Below are positions 25,958 to 39,014 of a stretch of 64,000 nt of DNA, one piece after another. Made by a program: the position numbers and the translations under genes. Positions within the stretch are counted from its first letter, which is position 1. Each line of letters begins with the position of its first letter. Origin of the DNA: Octopus vulgaris (taxonomy: Eukaryota). The stretch is taken from contig OX597815.1 in the NCBI GenBank assembly GCA_951406725.2, positions 130,882,001-130,946,000 on the forward strand, read 5' to 3'. The notes beneath the pieces are model-generated. The model saw only the letters and a program-made list of their open reading frames with translations, made no database searches and was not told the DNA's origin.

Positions 25958-27009
25958 AGATTTATTCTCCACGGTAACTGCAGTGTATTTGCCATTTAGC
26001 AGATGAAGTGTGTGACAGGCATATTTCAACGTAGCTAATTCTGCTCATACTCACACACTGCTTAGCACTGATGCTTCGTCAATGAAATAAATTTAAATTA
26101 GATTAATCTAAAAGCAGTACTTACCTAAATCATTAAGAATATTATGTATTCTATTGAATCACTCATTATGTAGCTCTAATTAAGTATTATAGTGAGTGGC
26201 TGTTAATATTGTGTCAGTTGGTGACTGTTGACAAGAAATGTGCAAGAAGGGAAGTCCAGAGAGGTGACATTCTTTTGTCTACAGGTGGCGAGCTGGCAGA
26301 AACGTTAGCACACCGGGCAAAATGCTTAGTAGTATTTTGTCTGTCTTTATGTTCTGAGTTCAAATTCCGCTGAGGTCGACTTTGCTTTTCATCTTTTCAG
26401 GATCAAAAGATTAAGTACTAATTATGTACTGGGGTCGATCTAATCGACTGTCTCCCTTCCCCCAAATTTTGGGCCTTGTGCCTAGAGAGGAAGAGAACGT
26501 TCTTTTCGCTTTTATCATTATACTTTAGTCATTAGACTGTGGCCATGCTAGGGCATCTTCCTGAAGAATTTTAGATGAATGAAATGACTCCAATGTGTTT
26601 TTTTTTATACTTATTCTATCGGTTTCTTTTGCCAAACTGCTAAGCTACGGGGATGTAAATGCACCGACACCTGCTGTCAAGTGGAGGTGGGAGACAAACA
26701 CAGACACACATACAAACACAAACACGCACATGCACACACACACACACACACATGCATACACAAACGTGCATGCACATGCACACACACACACGATGGGCTT
26801 CTTTCAGTTTCAGTTTGTCAGATCCACTCACAAGGCTTTGGATCTCAAGGTTGCTGAAGGTGCTGTGCAGTGGGTCTGAACCCAGAATGATGTGGTTGGA
26901 AAGGAAGCTTCTTACCATACAGCCACACTTGTGCCTATTGAAAAAAAAAAGGTCTTTGTGTCATGGTTTGTTTAGGTATTGGAGAGGTTGGCTATAGTAT
27001 GGTGATGAG

Positions 27010-27362
27010 GTGTTAAACACACATGGGCATGCTTACAAAATCAGAAAACAGCACAGCTCCCATGACTTTTGGAAACATTTTTTCACACGTAGAGTTGCTG
27101 AAGCATGGACCAAACTACCCGCATCAGTTGTTCATTGCCGCGACATTGCATCCTTTAAAACCTCCATGCTTCCTGAAATTCGCCAACACTACACCTGATA
27201 TCCCCCACCCCACTCCATACACATGTGCACGTGATACACATGTGCACATGACTCATACACTGCTCATTCTCCTGACGTTTGTACATAATTCTATACACTG
27301 TACATGTACCTTTGATGAGTTGTAGTGCACCTCAGCACTATACACAATCATTTCATTCATCA
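27010..27362 (+). mobile_element. CR1-like LINE 3' fragment
   Basis: HAYKIRKQHSSHDFWKHFFTRRVAEAWTKLP. Same family as 53080-55006. Confidence 0.85.
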
Positions 27363-27537
27363 TAATCATCATCATCATAATAGTTTAACGTCCGCTTTTC
27401 ATGCTGGCATGGGTTGGACGGTTTAACTGAGGACTGGTGAGCCGGAAGGCTGCACCAGGCTCCAGATGCTCTTCCTAACACCAACCACTAGGAAGGGCAA
27501 CCAGCTGTAAAAAACTCTGCCAGATCATTATTATTAA

Positions 27538-27586
<49 letters not shown>

Positions 27587-27803
27587 TGCTGGGCGAAATG
27601 CGTAGCTGTATTTCGTCTGCCATTACGTTCTGAGTTCAAATTCCGCCGAGGTTGACTTTGCCTTTCATCTTTTCGGGGTCGATAAATAAAGTACCAGTTA
27701 TGCACTGGGGTCGATGTAATCGACTTAATCCCTTTGTCTGTCCTTGTTTGTCCCCTTTATGTTTAGCTCCTTGTGGGCAGTAAAGAAAAAAATACATTAT
27801 TAA

Positions 27804-27851
<48 letters not shown>

Positions 27852-28395
27852 GAATTGAGTTGAGAGTGTTTGAGGAGAGGTGCACAAGGTTAACAAGCCC
27901 TGATGAACTGTTGCAATAGCAGTAGAAAAGATAAAGAGAGTAGGCAACATTTGAAGTGCTTGTGAGTTTAAGCTGTGTGCTGCTCATATTTAAGGTGGAA
28001 TGTGGGGTTTGTTAGGTGTTCTTCTTGATAAGCTGCCATGATTGTGCTTTTAGCTATTAAAGGAAGCAAGATTGGCATGACCCCACTGGAAGATATTTCT
28101 GCAGTCACTACCCATGATGTCTATGTAGAATTAACGTGAAATGTCTTGGTTGCTTGTTAGTGATAAATGGGAAGAAGTGAAAAGTGCTATAAACGTTTAT
28201 TATAATTAGTAATTTACTTTTCATAAACTCTAATTTCTTCATTGAAATATTTCAATGACTCTTACTTAACAAAATTTTCTTTGTCATAGGATAATCTATG
28301 TACTTCAGCTGCAAGCTTTTAATCATAAGTTTAGTTGCCATGGCAATGTAAACAAACATTAAGTGAAATAAATCTTTACCAATAATCCTCCAAAT

Positions 28396-28423
28396 TATAT
28401 ATATATATATATGTGTATATATG

Positions 28424-28493
<70 letters not shown>

Positions 28494-28624
28494 ATTGTGT
28501 GTGTGTGTGTGTGTGTTGTATGTATGTATGTATGTATGTATGTATGTATGTATGTATGTATGTATATATATATATATATATATATATAGGTGTGTGTATA
28601 TATATATGTACATATATATATAGG

Positions 28625-28656
<32 letters not shown>

Positions 28657-28668
28657 TATATATGTATG
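28396..28668. repeat. (TA)n/(TG)n/(TATG)n microsatellite
   Basis: Visible repeat. Confidence 0.95.
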
Positions 28669-29985
28669 TACTCTCCAATGAACATCTAGACTCTTTCCTC
28701 TCTTTTGTCAAATCTTTCCATCCTGCCCTCCACTTATCCTGCATTATCTCTGACACCTCTGTCTCCTTTCTTGACATTTCGGTCAGCATTTATCATTCCA
28801 CTCTCACCACCTCCATCCTCTACAAACACACAGACTCACACTCATACCTCAACTTTTCCTCTCCCACCCTAAGCACACCAAGCTCTCCTTCCCCTATTCC
28901 CAGTTCCTCCGTCTAATCAGGCTCTGCAGTGACGATCTTGACTTTGAGTCTCAGTCTCATCTCATGGCTCACCATTTCAGTCTACATGGATATCCCCTCA
29001 CCACTATCCACCCTGCCTTTGTCAGAGCACATTCCGTGGACCGTGCATCTGCTCTCTCCCCTGGCACCCACCCTGCCATCTCCCGTCTCCTGTTTCCCCT
29101 CACCTACCACCCCACCACCCTACCTCTCCAATGCACCATTCTCCGAGCCTTCTGGCAACTCCAGTCCGACACCTCCACTTTGCATATCTTCCCTAACCAA
29201 CCCCTCCCCTCCTTCAAATGAGCCCACAGCCTACGAGATCTCTTGGTCCACAGCTTCTTCCCTAACCCAACCTCCCAATCTGGCTCATTCCCCTGCTCCT
29301 GCCCATGCTGCCACACTTGCCCTTAGCTCTCCAACAGTACCCTCCTCACCAGCATCCATCATCGACCTTATTATATCACTAACACCTTTACCTGCACTTC
29401 TAGCAATGTCATCTACTGCATTTCCTGCTCTCACTGCCCTTCTCTATACATTGGGCAAACAGGACGCCTCTTGGCTGACAGGTTCGCAGAACACCTCTGA
29501 GACATCTGACTCGGCAATGACACCCTGGTCTCATGCCATTTCCACTCTACCGGTCACTCTTTGCAACACCTGTCTGTGCTCAGATTGTCCTTGCACAGAG
29601 GCCATCCGGACTCTCATCTTTGCCATGAACATGAATTAATCTTGTCTCTTCACTCCTTTGTACCACATGAGCTCAATTCTCCTCCCCTCATCATCTAACC
29701 CACCTCCCCTCTTCTCTCTTCCTCTCACACCTACTTCCTCCCACCTACCTCTCTTCTCTTGCTCTGACTCCTACTTCTTCTCTTCACTCCTACTCTCCTT
29801 CTCTCTTCTCTTCACTCCTACCCACCTTCTCCCTTCCCCCTCTCCTGTCATCATCACCCCTCCCTCATAACTCCACCCCTACACCATCCAACCCCACCTT
29901 TCCTATCTATCCCATCCCCCACCCCATCCCTTACACCCACACAACATAACCCACCTCTACCCCCACCCTCAGCCTAACCCACCAG
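28668..29985 (+). mobile_element. Penelope-like element (probably Neptune group): RT C-terminus, GIY-YIG endonuclease and C/T-rich 3' region, decayed
   Basis: [44 protein letters not shown], then a Cys-rich linker and FTCTSSNVIYCISC..C..LYIGQTGR..DRFAEHL. Confidence 0.9.
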
Positions 29986-30053
29986 TATGTCAATGAATCA
30001 AAAATCAGATCCGCTCGTGAAAAAAAAATTATAAATTCATCTGATCCCAAAAC

Positions 30054-30210
30054 AGTGTGGCTATGTGGTAAGTAGCTTGTTTACCAGCCACATGGTTCCG
30101 GGTTCAGTCCCACTGCGTGGCACCTTGGGCAAGTGTCTTCTACAATAGCCTCGGGCCGACCAAAGCCTTGTGAGTAGATTTGGTAGATGGAAACTGAAAG
30201 AAGCCCGTCG

Positions 30211-30243
<33 letters not shown>

Positions 30244-30452
30244 TTGTGTGTCTGTGTTTGTCCCCCTAGCATTGCTTGACAACTGATGCTGGTGTGTTTA
30301 TGTCCCTGTCACCTAGCAGTTCGGCAAAATAGACCGATAGAATAAGTACTGGGCTTACAAAGAATAAGTGCCGGGGTCGAGTTGCTCGATTAAAGGCGGT
30401 GCTCCAGCATGGCCGCAGTCAAATGACTGAAACAAGTAAAAGAGTAAAAGAG
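30054..30452 (+). mobile_element. Full-length tRNA/CORE SINE
   Basis: A-box TGGCTATGTGG, B-box GGTTCAGTCCC, CORE-like accttgggcaagt, internal (TA)n, tail (GTAAAAGA)n. Confidence 0.88.
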
Positions 30453-31087
30453 AGAGATGCCACTACAAGCGAAAGTGTCTATTTGAAGAGGATCAGAGAA
30501 ACTGTAAACCAAAATCCCATTTTTTTGCTATTTTCATTTCACACTTGTTTTTTCAGTATGACTTGTTGACCACCACTAAAATTAATGAATTCAGTATATT
30601 CAAACAAATAGATATACAGTTTTAATTTTATTGACTGCTATGAACATTCAAACTTACACCGTCTGTTTTGAACATGTTAATTAATCCACATTGAAACATT
30701 TTAATTTGTCAACATTGAAACTTTTAAAGATGTTTTTTCTAATTTTAAACTTTTTCCATTGATAAACAAAAAATATTGTTGAAACTAGTTTGGTATATAT
30801 GTAAATAAATGTATTTTAAACATTTACGAGTTTTTTAAATTTAGCTACATTTACAACACATTTTCCTATATTTTTTCCTGTGTGGAAACACCACCACCTT
30901 TTTTGTTTTATAAATAGATATATATATATATATGGATATATATATATGTATATATCTTTTATCTTCTATCTTTTACTTGTTTTAGCCCAGGGCTGAGGTT
31001 ATGTAGTTACTCAGTGTTGTTTCCGATATTGTTTTTGGTGAAGTAGCAAGTTGGATGGAGCTGCTTTTCTTTGTTTCTCCTGCCACA

Positions 31088-31129
31088 ATACATACATACA
31101 TACATACATACATACATACATACATACAT

Positions 31130-31218
<89 letters not shown>

Positions 31219-31237
31219 TACATACATACATACATAC
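31088..31237. repeat. (TACA)n-(CA)n-(TACA)n microsatellite
   Basis: Visible repeat; abuts the 5' end of the RTE. Confidence 0.95.
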
Positions 31238-33030
31238 ATGAGGAAACTAGGGATAGATGAATGGTTAGTGAGAGCTGTGCAAGCCATGCACAAGGACACT
31301 GTCAGTAAGGTGAGGGTTGGCAACGAGTACACTGAAGAATTCAGGGTAGGGGTAGGAGTCCACCAAGGTTCAGTCCTTTGCCCCTATTTATCATAGTTCT
31401 CCAGGCAATAACAGAGGAATTCAAGACAGGATGCCCCTGACAGCTCCTCTATGCTGATGACATTGCTCTAATTGCTGAGTCACTATCAGAACTAGAAGAG
31501 AAGTTTCAGGTGTGGAAACAAGGATTAGAATCAAAGGGCCTTCTAGCTAAAACCAAAGTTCTAATAAGTAGGAAGGCAGGCATACCACAAATCCCTTCTG
31601 GTAGTTGGCCCTGCTTCATCTGTAGAAAAAACATAGGTAGAAACTCTATAAGATGTACCCAGTGTAAGCTATGGACACATAAGAGGTGCAGTAATATCAA
31701 AGGAAGGCTAACTGGCAAGATAGTTTTTGTATGTGGCAGATGCTTAGGAGCAATAAACACTGAAAATGCGCAGAGACCAACTTCCGCCACATTCCTGGGA
31801 GAAAAATTAGAATTAGTTGATAGCTTCCGTTACGTAGGTAGCAGAAGAGGGTGTGCTGAAAGTGTAGCTGCTAGAATAAGAATAGCTTGGGCAAAGTTCA
31901 GAGAGCTCTTACCTCTGCTGGTGACAAAAGGCCTCTCACTCAGAGTAAAATGTAGACTGTATGACGCTTGTGTACGAACAGCCATGCTATATGGCAGTGA
32001 AACATGGGCCATGACTGCTGAGGACATGCTTATGAAGCCAGTATGATCCGATGGATGTGTAATGTCAGTGTGCATACGCGATGGAGTGTAAGTACCTTGA
32101 AAGCAAAGTTGGACCTAAAAAGCATTAGATGTGGTGTGCAAGAGAGACGACTGCGCTGGTATGGTCATGTAGTGAGAACGGATGAGGATAGCTGTGTGAA
32201 AAAGTGCCACACCTTAGCGGTTGAGGGAACCTGTGGAAAAGGTAGACCCAGAAAGATCTGGGATGAGGTAGTGAAGCACAGCCTTCGAACATTAGGTCTC
32301 ACCAAGCAAATGACTATTGACTGAGACTTTTGGAAATATGCTGTGCTTGAGAAACCTGGCAAGCCAAATGAGACCATAACCTGTGGCCTATGCCAGGAGT
32401 GTAACCAGTCTGCTTAAGCGTACCTTTTCCTTCTTTGGTCACTAAACTCTGCTTCTGAAGACCTGTTGAGGCAAGTGAAATCAAAATCAAATTCGATGAC
32501 TGGCATCCGTGCTAGCAGGGTGCAAAGAGCACCATATGAGTGTAATCGTTTGACAGAGTGGCTAACCGGCTTCCGTGCCAGTGGCACATAAAAGGGCACC
32601 ATTCAAGCGTGATCGTTACCAGCATCCCCTTACTGGCACTTGTACCCATTCTAGTAGGGTGCCAAGAGCACCATCCAAGCATGATCATTGCCAGAGCAGT
32701 CATCTGGCTTCCGTGCCGGTGGCACGTAAAAGGGCACCATTTTAGTGTAATCGTTACTAACGTCGCCTTAGTGGCACCTGTGCTGGTGGCACGTGTAAAA
32801 AGATTCAAGCGAGGTCATTGCCAGTACCGTCTGACTGGTCCCCATGCCGGTGGCATGTAAAAAGCACCCACTACACTCTCTGAGTGGTTGGTGTTAGAAA
32901 GGGCATCCAGCTGTAGAAGCTCTGCCAGATCAAGATTGGAGCCTGGTGCAGCCATCTGGTTCGCCTGCCCTCAGTCAAAATTGTCCAACCCATGCTAGCA
33001 TGGAAAGCGGACGTTAAACGATGATGATGA
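31238..33030 (+). mobile_element. 5'-truncated RTE LINE (RT, PHD-like insert, C-terminus, arrayed 3' UTR, (GAT)n tail)
   Basis: MRKLGIDEWLVRAVQAM..GVHQGSVL, LYADD, ORFs 31510-32046 and 32043-32324. Confidence 0.95.
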
Positions 33031-33059
33031 TAGATATAAATATAAATATATATATATAT

Positions 33060-33296
33060 TCTCTTATATAAAATCCGTTCTGTGTGTGTGTGTGTGGCTT
33101 CTAGCATCACGGAAACCCTCCATTCAATTGCACTCAAATTTGATATGTAGATACCGATGGTATCAGGGCGTCTATAAGTCTTGAAAAATTTACAAAAATC
33201 GATTCCAGGTGAGAATGCGATCGATGAAACCGTGGGAACGTGCATTTGTACGCATAAGTACATCAGGAATGCGGTTTACAAGGCTGCGCTCCACTA
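33060..33296 (+). mobile_element. Probable non-autonomous Helitron
   Basis: 5' TC (tctcttatataaaa) followed by (TG)n; 3' GC-rich gcg...cgc then CTAG. Confidence 0.5.
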
Positions 33297-35959
33297 GCTT
33301 TTCCATGACCTTGAACACCCCGTAAAGTAAGTTAGCTTAAAATTAGTTACTTAGTTCCCTAGGTTGTTGCTTTTCATAAAAAATCGCCCCAAGTTGATTT
33401 CCTACATGTTTTATCGGATAAAATTATTATTGTCCCAGGTATGTTCTCATAAATTCATCATGCTTTTCCATCTAGATTTACCTCCAGCTAACCCATATGC
33501 ATGCATCATTGTTGTCCTGCTTTTCTTTCGTCAACCTGTACATAACTGCACCTTCCATTTTTTGTTGTTTTTGTACTGCTTAAAGGCCCATTCTTTCCTG
33601 CCAAGCTTACTGTTTAAACCATGTTTGTGTTCTCCCAGTCAACAGCCTTATCATTACTGGTACTTTAAACTCTTCGGTTGCATATTTGTGTGAATAAAAT
33701 CGTTTTTCTTTGGAATGGAAAAAAGTCTATTTTATTTCTTCTTTTGCTGGTGTCTCAAATTTAGGTTAAATCAGTGTTTCTCAATTTGGTTTAAATGTTT
33801 GACAACTCAGCACCATCCATTGGACGGGGGGGGGGGGCGTTTTGCTCGTATATATATATATAAACCATAGATATTTATTTGAATATAGATTTAAAGATGT
33901 TTGTTTCACCTGACATGATAAATGGTTTTCAGAATATTCACCCATTTGTTTTCAGTTGCTTGATCAATTGGTCTAACAGGGTCATTGCATTGGTATGATC
34001 CTTGCATTAAAAATTACATTAAGGATACATAGACACATGTACTCTTAATGTAATTCTTAAGCAGAATCACCCTGACACAGCATCAGTCATTCTGATGGTG
34101 TAGTTCTATACAGTTCCCATCAACCCAATCTCACTGACAAAATATGGGATGATGTGAAGTAATAAAAAATAAAGAAAATGACACTCGCCTAAATGCCACA
34201 CAAGGAACTGAACCTAGGGTCTCATGATTCAAAGCAAACATCTTAATGATTCAGTTATGCAATTTTATCATATTGATATGATATATTATGAAAATTTACT
34301 CTTTTAAATGGAAACATAAAATTCTGAAAGAATAAAATTCAAATTCAAATTTATGCAAATTAAACAAGCTAAATCATGAACAAATGAAAGTGTTAGTCAC
34401 TGACTATTTAAAGCAGTATTTAGTATATTATTAATGACATTATTCATCATTACTGATTTAACGAATGTTTCTTTCTCTAATAGACTCGAAATAGACTATA
34501 AATATTACAATTTCTCTGTAGTGTTCTCTTTATAATTTATCAGGCGTTAAACGATGATGATGATGATTATGATGATGAACTTTGAAATCTAACTATCAAA
34601 GAAATAATTTAACTACATCATCGTTCGAATAGGATACCAGTGTGTCATAGGTTTTGTATAGAAGTTAACTATACCTCGCTACATTACTCATTTATAATGT
34701 GGAAATGTATAGAAGGCTGGGTTGTTTGTTTCAAATGAGAATTGAACATCTGCCAAATTTGGTGAAAGTATTGACTCTGTTGGTGTTGGTGTTGGATCCA
34801 ATCATAAAACTGAGCTCAACAAATACCTTGTTCCTGGATAATCCATGCAGCAGTAATTTCACAGACATGCTTTGGTAGGACGTCATACTGAATATCCTTT
34901 TCTACTCTAGGCACAAAGCCCAGTCGATTAGATCGACCCCAGTATGCAACTGGTACTTAATTTATTGACCCCGAAAGGATGAAAAACATTGTTGACCTTG
35001 GCGGAATTTGAAGTCAGAATGTAGACAGACGAAATACTGCCAAGCATTTCACCTAGCATGCTAACGTTTTCTGTTACTTGGTGCCTTCATCACACTGAAA
35101 ATTACCTAAGGCTATGATGTAAACAAAACCAAGTTTATTTGTAACAACAAAGTTTTTGGTAAAAAATGATTGTTAATCAGGTTGCTGCATCTTATAATTG
35201 AAGAGATAACATGTAAGTCGAGTGACACTATAAAAAGCCATGCTGCCTGGCGTAGGTTGGGCTAGCTCAGCCATCAACATTACAGCTAAATACTATTTTT
35301 CCTCAAAAATGTACTCACTCTATGAAGCAGGCATTTATGTTGATATAAATTCATTTTCCTTACAAAGAATGTTTAAATCGTTTTATTTTATAGTACATCG
35401 TGAAACGCTGTTCATTTATCTTAACTGCACTGTAATCATATTTATCGATCCATTGAGCATTTACCCGAGAGCTGTTATTCTTTAGTTCTTTAGTAAAAAT
35501 ATTAATGGAAATAAGACGTTATATAAAACCACATCTCTGACATCAGCTCTTATATAACTTCTGCTAAAAGGGCCTGCAGGCAATATGAGCACTAGCATTA
35601 TTGTTTGGACTAAACAAAAATGATAATAAGAATTGTGGACAGGTCTATTACTGTCAGGAGAACAACACAGAATCAGTGAATTTATATGAACCATTATACA
35701 TGCAGGTGTAGCTATGAAGTAGGAAATTTACTTCCCAATTACATGGTATCAAGTTCAATACCCATGGTGTGTGGCACTTTGGGCGAGTATCTTCAACTGT
35801 AACTCTGGTTTGACCAAAACTTCTTTTAGGGTGTGTAAAGAGGGAAATAACCCTCATCTGCAATTTTGATGAAATTCGAATCATAGGTATTCCAGAAAAT
35901 ATAACAGAAAAGTCTAATTCTTCAATTGCATGTAACACGGGCAATGCTGGGTATCTCTG

Positions 35960-36002
<43 letters not shown>

Positions 36003-36004
<2 letters not shown>

Positions 36005-36412
36005 GGCACAAGAGTGTCTGTTGGTAAGAAGCTTGCTTCCCAGCCACATGGTTCCAGGTTCATTCCCATGGCCTGACACCTTGGGCAAGTGTCTTCTACT
36101 ATATCTTTGGGTTGAATGGATTTGGTAAACAGAAACTGAAAGAAGCCTGTCATGTGTGTGTGTGTGTTACTGTCTCCTTTCCTTGATATTGCATGATAGA
36201 TGTAAGCAAGTGCCATCATCTTGCAAGCAGGGTTCTCTGGTTTCCAATCTCCCATGAAAACATGTCTGGTCATGGGGAAATATTACCTTGCTTAGAGAGT
36301 TGAGGTGTGGTGACAAGAAGGGCATCTGACTAGAAAACATGCATCAAGAAATTCTGTGCAAACCATGCAAGCATTGAAAAGTGGACATTAAAACAGCGAT
36401 GATAATGATAAT
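36003..36412 (+). mobile_element. SINE with tRNA/CORE head and RTE-derived 3' tail
   Basis: Head matches 30054-30210. Tail aagggcatc...ccatgcaagcattgaaaagtggacattaaa..gatgataatgat matches the RTE terminus. Confidence 0.65.
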
Positions 36413-37466
36413 GAGGAAGAGGAAGAGGATGATCTTTTGGTTAAATGGTTGATGCCTCACAGAAGCAGAAGTGACTCTCATCTTGCATTCTTTTCAAGTG
36501 GTACTAGTTTTGCTATAATCAATACCATTTAGAATATATTTGATCAAAGGTGTAAACATACAGCAATATTCCTATACAGCTTATAGTAACAAAATGTCTA
36601 GTGTACTATTGTGGAAACATAGTATTGTTACAAAGAGAGAAGTTGGATGCAGATGTCGCTGAATAGTTAAACAATTTACTTTACAATCATGAGACTGTGG
36701 GGGTTGATCCCCCGCTTTTGGTGTCTTAGGACAGGTGTCTTTACCATAGTCTCAGGTGGCCCCCAGGCCTTGTAAGTGGTATTATGTAGACAGAAACTTT
36801 GTGAAAGCTCATCAGATGAAGTGTACCTGTAGTTCAAATGTCCAGCCTCATCATGTAGTCAATTTATAAATTGCGTTAATTATATTATAAATTAAATTAA
36901 TGGTGTATATATCTGTGAAATACTCTGCCATTTACTCATTAATTTGACATGTCAGACGTTCTGTTGATCACAAGTGAATGCACATTATCGTAATTGACTG
37001 AGAATCCATTAGTGCTAAAATGAATGTATTCAAACCGATACAAAACTTTCTCCACTGAGGAATTCTTTGAAAATATTTATATATTGCACATCAATTAAAC
37101 TTATGAACATCTAAAATGCAACTGTGAAATGTCTGGGTGACAAACAGTTTTCTTTTCATAATATTTGAATATATAAAATTCAATAAAAGTCAATTCTTAC
37201 AGCCAGGAACATTTATTTCAGCTGATTTAAATATATTTATGATAATTTTGTTCAGGTTATTTCTACAGAAATTATAGCCAGCACTATTTTTTGCTACAAT
37301 GTTTCATATTGAGATGGCAGACGTAAACAAACAATGAGATTGGAGACAAAAATGGGTAATGAGTGTATATACCATATATCAGGGTTTTTTTGTACCTTCA
37401 TCAGTACTCATCTAACTCACTCTTTCCTCTGAACACATTGTTTATATAGCCACTGCATATAACGGT

Positions 37467-37611
37467 GTAAAATTATTGGTTATACCAATTTACATATTAA
37501 ATGCATTTCTGGGACTGGTACAAAATTCCACATGCCTACAAGTCTTTAATATTTACATACTAGCACCAGGAATGCGTTTAATATGTACATTGGTATATCC
37601 AATAATTTTAC
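37467..37611. repeat. Palindromic MITE-like element (~54-bp arms)
   Basis: gtaaaattattggttataccaatttacatattaaatgcatttctgg.. versus ..ccaggaatgcgtttaatatgtacattggtatatccaataattttac. Confidence 0.8.
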
Positions 37612-38194
37612 TTGATATTTCTTATTCCTGGATTGCAGATGCATACCCTTCAAAGTGGGAGGTAGTAATCTGGCTATTTGTCCACGATAAACTGCTTTGA
37701 TGGTCGATGTTACTATCATCACAGAGCTTTCTATTAACATATCCATGCATACTCTTCTGCTCATATAGACTCATCCTTTTATCTGATGTATTGCGGCAGA
37801 AATGTGTGACTTCATTGGGCTTGTATTCTAGGTTATCTACAAAGACTGTTGCTCAAGGAGCTGCCTTCCAAGTATTATGATGCTATCAGCCTCATGTATG
37901 CAAACTTTGTTAAGGGATGCACTTCGACACTTGGTGGTTAAAAAATGTTGCTGAAGATATATAATGCAACAGTCAAAGGCATAAAGTGATAGTATGTTGT
38001 CAACTTAATGTGACAGTCCCATGAAAGGGAAGAATACTACTGTTATTTAGCCCTAGGAAACACTGTTTCCTGTTGGACTTGATACACTTCCTGTGTCCTT
38101 ATGTTTTCAAAGTGGACATACTATCACTTTATCGTGCTGCTACTGTATAAATCTCTCTGAGAGATTTAGAAATGTACTAGTTCTATATTCAAAA

Positions 38195-38400
38195 GCATGC
38201 ATGCATGCATGTATGTATGTATGTATGTATGTATGTATGTATGTATGTATGTATGTATGTGTGTATGTGTGTATGTATGTATGTATGTATGTGTGTATGT
38301 ATGTGTGTATGTATGTATGTATGTATGTATGTATGTATGTATGTATGTATGTATGTGTGTATGTATGTATGTATGTATGTATGAATGTAAGTATGCATGT
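38195..38400. repeat. (TATG)n microsatellite
   Basis: Visible repeat. Confidence 0.95.
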
Positions 38401-38534
38401 ATTTATGTGTGTGTATCAATTCAAATATGCTTGAAGCATATTCAAACTTGTAAGAAAGCCATTCACTGTATTTTGTCATGGAAACGTTTTTTTCTTATTG
38501 TTGATAAATATATGTGAACACACAATACAGGGTA

Positions 38535-38820
38535 AAAACCTCCTTTGGTCATGAATGACCATGAGATTGCAAGGTTGTTTATGGAAGACTAGCAGTTGCC
38601 CATGCATTACCAGCTTCCTCTCTCCTTGCTACTGATGTTATCCAAGGGAACAGCAAAGGCTGATACAATTTGGCACCAATGATGTCACAACTCATTTCTG
38701 CAGCTGAGTGAACTAAAGTGTTTTACTTAAGAACACAACTCACAGCCTGGTCCAAGATTTGAACTCACTACCTATTGATTGTAAGCCCGATGCTCTAACC
38801 GCTGACCCACATGCCTTCAC
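38535..38820 (-). mobile_element. tRNA-derived SINE (family of 61394-61722)
   Basis: Reverse complement matches the head gaaggcatgtgg..ggttagagc and the body of the copy at 61394. Confidence 0.75.
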
Positions 38821-38863
38821 ACCATATATACATGTACACACCACAAATACATGTGAACATACC

Positions 38864-38905
<42 letters not shown>

Positions 38906-38956
38906 GTGTATGTAGTGTATATATATATACATACGTATATACATACATACATAAAT

Positions 38957-39011
<55 letters not shown>

Positions 39012-39014
<3 letters not shown>

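Noticed and set aside
28290-28347. Possible phase-2 exon after ttttctttgtcatag
   Set aside because: Weak donor, and its end phase is not compatible with the exon at 44953.
28929-29639. 236-aa Ser/Pro-rich ORF
   Set aside because: Alternative frame of the C-rich Penelope coding strand; the real motifs lie in another, interrupted frame.
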